Of a DNA stretch of 64,000 bases, positions 58,474-64,000 are shown one piece after another; the stretch's first letter is position 1; each line of letters starts with the position of its first letter. The translations under genes were made by a program, and so were the position numbers. Source of the DNA: a virus (Duplodnaviria; Caudoviricetes); the IMG/VR virus record IMGVR_UViG_3300000510_000016, positions 23,526 through 87,525 of that record; one strand, 5' to 3'. Below the pieces are notes generated by a model. The model worked only from the letters and a program-made list of their open reading frames with translations, did not search any database and was not told the DNA's origin.

Positions 58474-58926
58474 TCAGATATTTGTGTATCTATCCTCTAT
58501 TTTTTTATTAAGCCGTAGTAAATACATTCCTGCTACAATACAGGTAAATGCAATTACTAGGTATACGATTGGTGCAGGTGTTAGGGGAGGTGTTCTCACT
58601 AGGAATAATGAGGCTATCATAGCCCACACCCAACCACTTACTATTAGAATGTAACCTGATATTTGATTAGATTTTATCCCTTTGCATACCATAGCGTACC
58701 ATTGAGCCACACCTAGTAATGCCATTGCGCTCCACCAGAAAGGGTTGCCAAGCAGGTATATTCTAGGGTATGGCGTTGCACTAATAATTGTATCTAGGTT
58801 GTAGATTAAAGGGAGAGTGAAACCTATTAATAAAGCTGTATTAAGAAACTCTACTACTCGTGTGCCATGAGCGAATAGCCAGTCTAAGAATGAGTCAGAA
58901 TATACTACAATCTTACGATATGGCAT
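58474..58926 (-). CDS. Four-TM membrane protein (holin/antiholin-like partner)
   Basis: Four hydrophobic helices; tandem with holin-like gene. Confidence 0.6.
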   Translation of the reverse strand: MPYRKIVVYSDSFLDWLFAHGTRVVEFLNTALLIGFTLPLIYNLDTIISATPYPRIYLLGNPFWWSAMALLGVAQWYAMVCKGIKSNQISGYILIVSGWVWAMIASLFLVRTPPLTPAPIVYLVIAFTCIVAGMYLLRLNKKIEDRYTNI

Positions 58927-59254
58927 TAGGTGTGCTCCTTGGTTGGAATGCGTTTATTCATTGTTACGTCCTTTTGAATGTTGTGGAATGTACATACGAA
59001 AACACACCATCATTTAGATAGTGTGTTGTTGGAGGTTGAGGGGCATTAAGGTAGTCTAGTAACGTCTATTTTAATCATTGTTGGCTTACTTTGGAACACA
59101 GTTGTTTAGTTTTCAGAGTATCCTCCAAGCATATTAGAAGGAACAGCCATACTATTAACAACCTTATTTCGGTAACTTTCTAATACTGCTACCATCTCAT
59201 TCATCTCTTGTATATCCTCTTGAGCTTGCATGAGGTTTGTTTTAAATAGTTTCA

Positions 59255-60517
59255 TTACACCTCCCCCTCGTATAACCATTGCATGAAGAAATTGTGCATA
59301 CGTTTACTCCCAATAGCTAAAGTCATAGGCTCTCCTTTACGAATACAGCCTCTCCAAGCCCATTGTAGCAATTCACTTGTAGCAAATACCTTCAAATCTA
59401 CAGGGTGTCCATAATCTTGTAGGTAAGCACTAACAGGCACTAATGGTCTACGATTATAGCAATGAACCATAAGTTTTTTATCACTGTATTCGTTAGTAGC
59501 ACGAGTTTGAGCAGCAAGCCAACAGGTGTGCTTAACTCCATCGTCATCTTTATATTCACTATACCCAATAGGTCTTACTAACTTCTTAGATTTAACCTTA
59601 CCACGTACAGCTCTCTCTTTTGGTACAGTCCACAGAACATCTTTATTAGATAATCCTAATCGGTTTGCAATAGTTCTAATGTAGTTTGAAACATTATTTA
59701 ATTGAACACCATTAGCTTCAGAAAACCACGTAGATGATAGTGAGTAGTTATTCATCTTATCCGTAGGTGGTATTACATTTAGTAGATTTTTAATAGCGGT
59801 TTTATCTTCTCTCTCTAAAGTAATCTCGTCAAACTCTTGCACATCAAAACCTTTTAGCTTTAAGAAACAATCTAAGATATTATCCTCAAACATATAAGTC
59901 AGAATAACCACTTCTCTTGCACACTCAAACAACCTTACAGGTAACTGAGTACACATCATAACTTCTGAACGCTTGGTGCAATACAAACTCTTACTGTCAC
60001 AGTATTTAGTGAAATCATAATACTTGTGCTTAGTGTCAATCTTTTCTCTAGAACCTTTCCAAGACACCATACCATCACTTTCATTCACATCAATATTGCC
60101 ATTTTCAATCAACCACTGCAAATCACTTCTAGAGTATTTATCGAAACCACTGATAACATTTACTTCTTCATCTATAATAACAGTGTAGTTATTTAACGAC
60201 ATGTGATAAAAATGGTTCTCATTCATGCTTAAATAAAGACTATGAGTACAAGCAATACTATCTCCTGATTTTAGCATCTCTAACAAACTCTTAGATTTAG
60301 TCTGACCCTCATTAGTAGGAATCTCTAATGTAATGTTCTTAAGAGATTTATGTACCCTACCTCCCTCCATTACCTCTGATAGCAATGGTGACACATAAAT
60401 ATAACTTTTTTGAGGGTTGTTATCCATCCATTCAATAATTCTATTAGTCTTATGACTTCCCATAATACCATCGACAATCTTAACTGTGTTATTCTTTCTA
60501 TCAATAATGTTGAACAT
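59255..60517 (-). CDS. SF2 helicase-like / origin-binding-protein-like P-loop ATPase (paralog 2)
   Basis: DGIMGSHKT, IYVSP, IIDEE, LLQWAWRGCIR; co-linear with 5005-6297. Confidence 0.75.
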   Translation of the reverse strand: MFNIIDRKNNTVKIVDGIMGSHKTNRIIEWMDNNPQKSYIYVSPLLSEVMEGGRVHKSLKNITLEIPTNEGQTKSKSLLEMLKSGDSIACTHSLYLSMNENHFYHMSLNNYTVIIDEEVNVISGFDKYSRSDLQWLIENGNIDVNESDGMVSWKGSREKIDTKHKYYDFTKYCDSKSLYCTKRSEVMMCTQLPVRLFECAREVVILTYMFEDNILDCFLKLKGFDVQEFDEITLEREDKTAIKNLLNVIPPTDKMNNYSLSSTWFSEANGVQLNNVSNYIRTIANRLGLSNKDVLWTVPKERAVRGKVKSKKLVRPIGYSEYKDDDGVKHTCWLAAQTRATNEYSDKKLMVHCYNRRPLVPVSAYLQDYGHPVDLKVFATSELLQWAWRGCIRKGEPMTLAIGSKRMHNFFMQWLYEGEV

Positions 60518-60850
60518 AATATCTCCTAGCTTACCTTATGTTTACATGGTCTTACATAGGCATACCTGTAACCGTTGCTGTATATAGCTCTGCACTATAT
60601 TTTCTTAGACAACAGGGGGTAGTATAAACTAAAGAAATATCTTTGTCAAATATAATAATACTTCATAAAAATAACTATTATCATACAATAATAATCGATA
60701 ATTAAAATATATCAAACACCACCGTGTCCTCTAGATTTTCAATATCACTGAAACATAATAATCTTTAAACACTTTACTATTTAATATATTATTAAAGTAA
60801 TAATCACCATCCTGTTAAGACACCCTGTTCAGATAACCAGACTAGACACC

Positions 60851-61933
60851 CTAACTGATACAATCATTTTCAATAACACTATTACCACTAATAATATTTT
60901 TATTACTATATTTACTTTTACTACTAAACTTACTTAGAAAATCATCAATCTCTTTAGATTTACTTGTATTAGGTGCAATAGCTGTTGGATTCTTATTACT
61001 CTTTAACAAGCCTCTAGCTTTCAGTTCAGACCAATGTACCTGTGATGCTTGGACTACAATATCTGTATTGTTGTTATGTGCATCTTTAGTGTCTGTACCT
61101 ATTGCTGAGCTAATGCCAAGAGCCTCTAGATTGGATTCTAATTCATCTTTGGTATGTTTGCTACTGTTATCTTCAAAGGGCTTAAATGAGGCACTGTATA
61201 CGTTGTTAGCGTTATGTTGGCTAGTGGTTGTAGTAGCCATAGGGTTAGCAGGAACAACATGCTCATCATTCCATGCCTCTGTATTCAAGTAAGACATTGG
61301 ATATTTCCTATAAGTCTTATCAGGTGTAGATAATAAATAAGCATCTAATGATTCCATTGTTAGTGTTCTATCTTCTTCTGTTAGTGCAATCCACTTAGCT
61401 TCTACATCAGACTTCTTACCTTTACAGTAATCATATTTATCCCAAAAATCAGAGAAAGGGATATTGATGTCAACAGTTTCTTTTACTTTTATTTTGTTAG
61501 TGTCTTTAGAGTGTCTTTTGTGTAGGAACTTCTCGTCATCATCATAAGAATTAATATCGTCATTATTGCACTGATAACCCTGTTCTTTAGAAATAATTTC
61601 CAACTTACTTTCCATTTCTAAGACTTCATCAGGCTTTAAACATACATTAAATAGTGCTTCAGTATTAAGTGTAAACATCTTAACTGACTTATTCTTACCT
61701 GTAGTTATGATAAGTTTTAGTTCCTCTAATGAGGTAATAGCGGTTCTTACTGAGCGAGTAGTGATACCAGTCATATCTGATATTTGATTTTGAGAGATTC
61801 TGTCGTATTGCTTACCCCAACCTAATGTCTTTCTATAGATTACAAGTAATGTCTTAAACTCTGAGTGAGACAATTTACTCATCCAATAGTCGATAATAGC
61901 GTTATCTAATTTAAGGAATCCGTTGTTAGTCAT
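60851..61933 (-). CDS. Phage replication initiator (lambda O-like wHTH + replisome-organiser domain)
   Basis: GFLKLDNAI...IYRKTLGWGK..DRISQNQI..MTG...RSVR.AI..LEE; FSDFWDKY...KKSD...KW...YLNTEAWNDE. Confidence 0.85.
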   Translation of the reverse strand: MTNNGFLKLDNAIIDYWMSKLSHSEFKTLLVIYRKTLGWGKQYDRISQNQISDMTGITTRSVRTAITSLEELKLIITTGKNKSVKMFTLNTEALFNVCLKPDEVLEMESKLEIISKEQGYQCNNDDINSYDDDEKFLHKRHSKDTNKIKVKETVDINIPFSDFWDKYDYCKGKKSDVEAKWIALTEEDRTLTMESLDAYLLSTPDKTYRKYPMSYLNTEAWNDEHVVPANPMATTTTSQHNANNVYSASFKPFEDNSSKHTKDELESNLEALGISSAIGTDTKDAHNNNTDIVVQASQVHWSELKARGLLKSNKNPTAIAPNTSKSKEIDDFLSKFSSKSKYSNKNIISGNSVIENDCIS

Positions 61934-62121
61934 AATAAACCTTTATATATAATTTGATTGAGGTATCATTATACAAAACACAAAGGGTTAATACAACAGA
62001 TATGTGGAAAATATATCCTATGTTTTACACACAACAAAAAAGGCTTACCCAACCCTTATACGATGATTAGTCATACAAGAGCTAGATAAGCCTTATGTAA
62101 AATTACAGTTGTATTATCAAA

Positions 62122-64000
62122 TTAAACACTATACTTGAGCGGCTTCCAGACTGCTGCTGCATCTATTCCAGCAGTGGTACAAACCCAGCCATAAATGGTA
62201 TCTGCTGTAATAGTGGTTTTATACACCATATCGCCAACAACAAAACTACCCACAGTGGGTATTGCATTAGTTCTAAATGTTCTCACACTCGTATTATATC
62301 TTATGCCCCATTTGTAGTAATCAATTGTGTATGCAAGTCCGCCATTTATAGATGTCGCCATTGATGTATTGAATATCACATCACCCAAATTAATGCTTTT
62401 AGTTGTTGCGATGCTTAGGTTCGTCATACCAAACTGAAACCCACTAACTCCCCCAGAAAACTTTATATTATTGAATGAGGCGTACACACATTTAGCCATA
62501 TCAAAAACAAGACCTCCCAAAGTTTCTTGGTAAACTGTCTGAATATTCTCTAGGATACCCGTGCTGATGATGGATTCAGCTCTTATGCTATGTGCGGTAT
62601 TTGTTGTTAGTTTTACATTGTGCATATATAAATTATTGCAAGATATAGCAACTGTTCCAAAGGAGCAATCTGATATGCTCAGGTCATAATCACCACCCAA
62701 CATCACCCCTCCTGAACCATGCACATCAACAAAACTAACTTTACCGTTGATTATCTGTTTGTATGCTGGACGAAATATAGCAAAACCACTTTTAATATTA
62801 CTAAAGTGCATATCAGTAGTCGTCTCTATGCTGTCGTCTAGTATCAGACTACCAACCCCTTTTAGGTTGTTAAAATTCAAATTGCTTGATGTATGATTAC
62901 CTCCCCCATGCTGCCACTGGCAACGACCATTAGGATTAATGTTTTCAAAGTCATCAACGTACAAGCCATTCACACCGTAAGACCGAAGGCTGCCCTCGTA
63001 CCCTACGTTTTCACCAGTATCGAATGCTGCGAGCAATCCGCATCGTTCAGATACGCCACGTTTAATCCATGTTGTCTCTGCACCCTCGATATGAAATCCT
63101 TGACGACAATCTATAGCTCTACAGCCCTCAACTAGAGTCTCGTAAGCACCTATATCTACAGTAAAGCCAACACGCCCTGATTTTTCAGAAACGCAATCAA
63201 TAAACTGATTGCCTGATAGTTTTTCAGATGCGGGCAATCCAGCTTTTCTGTATAAAGCAAAGCCGTCATAATTATGATAAGTATAAACACGGGTGAATAC
63301 GTTGCGACTACCCTTGCGAATATAACAGGTGTACTGCGGCACAAGTGTATGCAATCCTACGTCAGTCACTTTACTATCATCTGTTTCAAAGTAAAGGGAT
63401 AGACGTTTTATGATAGAGCTATACATACCGCCACCTTTCAAAAACAAAGGCTTATTAATATTGAATGAGTTAATGGTGCTAAAAGAGTACGTTGTATTAT
63501 CAGGCACTACGAGATTCAACCCTGACGATATGAATTTGCGTAATGCAGCATCATTATCAAGTGTCTCAACACTAGGTAGAGCGCCAAAATCCTCGGGCGT
63601 GAACTCAGTCTTACCAACAACTTCCCAGCCATTAAGGATAGAGCCGCCATCATTCTCAGCATCTCTAGCACTGTTGTAACGGTACGTGTTACCGCCTACT
63701 TTTTCCCCTGCTAAGTACGATGCTGTATTTACTACCATACCATCTATAGGAGCTAGAAGCGCAAGCAACGTTGCAACATCGTGCACCCCAAAATTAAAGT
63801 CTTTTTGAGTTAGACCTGAGCCTATACTCACTAAGGTGTCAGGAAGTATTCCGTCAACAAAGGGTAGTGCATCTAGCTCACTACGAAATTCTGTGTTCTT
63901 AACTTCCTGTGTACTGCCATCATCCGTACTAACATCTTGAGCACGGACCTTACCGTCAAATACTTGTAACCCACCTAATTTAGCCTCAACAAAATCTTTG
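62122..64000 (-). CDS. Tail fibre/tailspike with pectate-lyase-like beta-helix (5' end off window)
   Basis: Frame stays open from 63831 to window edge; GGNTYRYNS...NDGGSILNGW, FTPEDFGA...DNDAALR, G/N-rich coil repeats. Confidence 0.85.
   Translation of the reverse strand, partial: KDFVEAKLGGLQVFDGKVRAQDVSTDDGSTQEVKNTEFRSELDALPFVDGILPDTLVSIGSGLTQKDFNFGVHDVATLLALLAPIDGMVVNTASYLAGEKVGGNTYRYNSARDAENDGGSILNGWEVVGKTEFTPEDFGALPSVETLDNDAALRKFISSGLNLVVPDNTTYSFSTINSFNINKPLFLKGGGMYSSIIKRLSLYFETDDSKVTDVGLHTLVPQYTCYIRKGSRNVFTRVYTYHNYDGFALYRKAGLPASEKLSGNQFIDCVSEKSGRVGFTVDIGAYETLVEGCRAIDCRQGFHIEGAETTWIKRGVSERCGLLAAFDTGENVGYEGSLRSYGVNGLYVDDFENINPNGRCQWQHGGGNHTSSNLNFNNLKGVGSLILDDSIETTTDMHFSNIKSGFAIFRPAYKQIINGKVSFVDVHGSGGVMLGGDYDLSISDCSFGTVAISCNNLYMHNVKLTTNTAHSIRAESIISTGILENIQTVYQETLGGLVFDMAKCVYASFNNIKFSGGVSGFQFGMTNLSIATTKSINLGDVIFNTSMATSINGGLAYTIDYYKWGIRYNTSVRTFRTNAIPTVGSFVVGDMVYKTTITADTIYGWVCTTAGIDAAAVWKPLKYSV

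Noticed and set aside
60851-61933. Prophage or temperate lifestyle, and iterons within the O-like gene
   Set aside because: No integrase, repressor switch or host genes in the window; only a weak GTGTCTTT duplication near 61500, not enough to call iterons
94-63679. Antisense or overlapping track ORFs (e.g. 94-285, 2316-2534, 5950-6135, 13319-13528, 20167-20505, 28115-28564, 31601-31855, 43474-43713, 47080-47355, 49339-49731, 52929-53234, 54152-54433, 58048-58518, 62893-63679)
   Set aside because: Shadow frames opposite or inside well-supported genes, with no RBS and no recognisable motifs
1-64000. Retron, DGR or other reverse-transcriptase system
   Set aside because: No RT motif (YxDD) protein and no TR/VR pair seen

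Overview
The window is a 64-kb segment of a large, AT-rich, apparently virulent tailed phage (Caudoviricetes). No host genes, integrase or CRISPR array are visible. The organisation resembles ~90-100 kb myoviruses with a T7-type PolA and primase-helicase. The tailspike N-terminus suggests a Moraxellaceae (Acinetobacter/Psychrobacter-like) host; this is inference from memory only. Layout: (i) minus-strand packaging end at 1-4 kb with TerL running off the left edge, HNH, putative TerS, RlpA-like transglycosylase, a tRNA(CAT) and GroES; (ii) an AT-rich non-coding region, then a plus-strand arm (5-21.5 kb) that opens with an SF2/origin-binding-like ATPase and a DNA methyltransferase and continues with many small accessory genes (dCMP deaminase, MazG-like, OM beta-barrel, STAS-like, hyper-acidic mini-proteins); (iii) a minus-strand early-type block (22.1-28.7 kb) driven by at least six near-consensus sigma70 promoters and bracketed by inverted copies of a TTGACAAGTGG..AAATATGC motif; (iv) a second AT-rich region with the same motif order as the first, then a second plus-strand arm (30.3-38 kb) that again opens with an SF2-like ATPase and two methyltransferases; (v) a minus-strand nucleotide-metabolism and replication arm (38.3-58 kb) with thyX, glutaredoxin, nrdA/B, nucleases, SSB, PolA interrupted by an ORF-less 266-nt group I intron, and primase-helicase; (vi) a holin-like pair, a third SF2-like ATPase, a lambda-O-like initiator and a beta-helix tailspike running off the right edge. 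The most striking unexplained signal is a repeated module of AT-rich motif-bearing region plus SF2-like ATPase (plus methyltransferase in two of three cases) sitting alongside a lambda-O-like initiator. All family assignments come from motif recognition by eye; no database searches were run.
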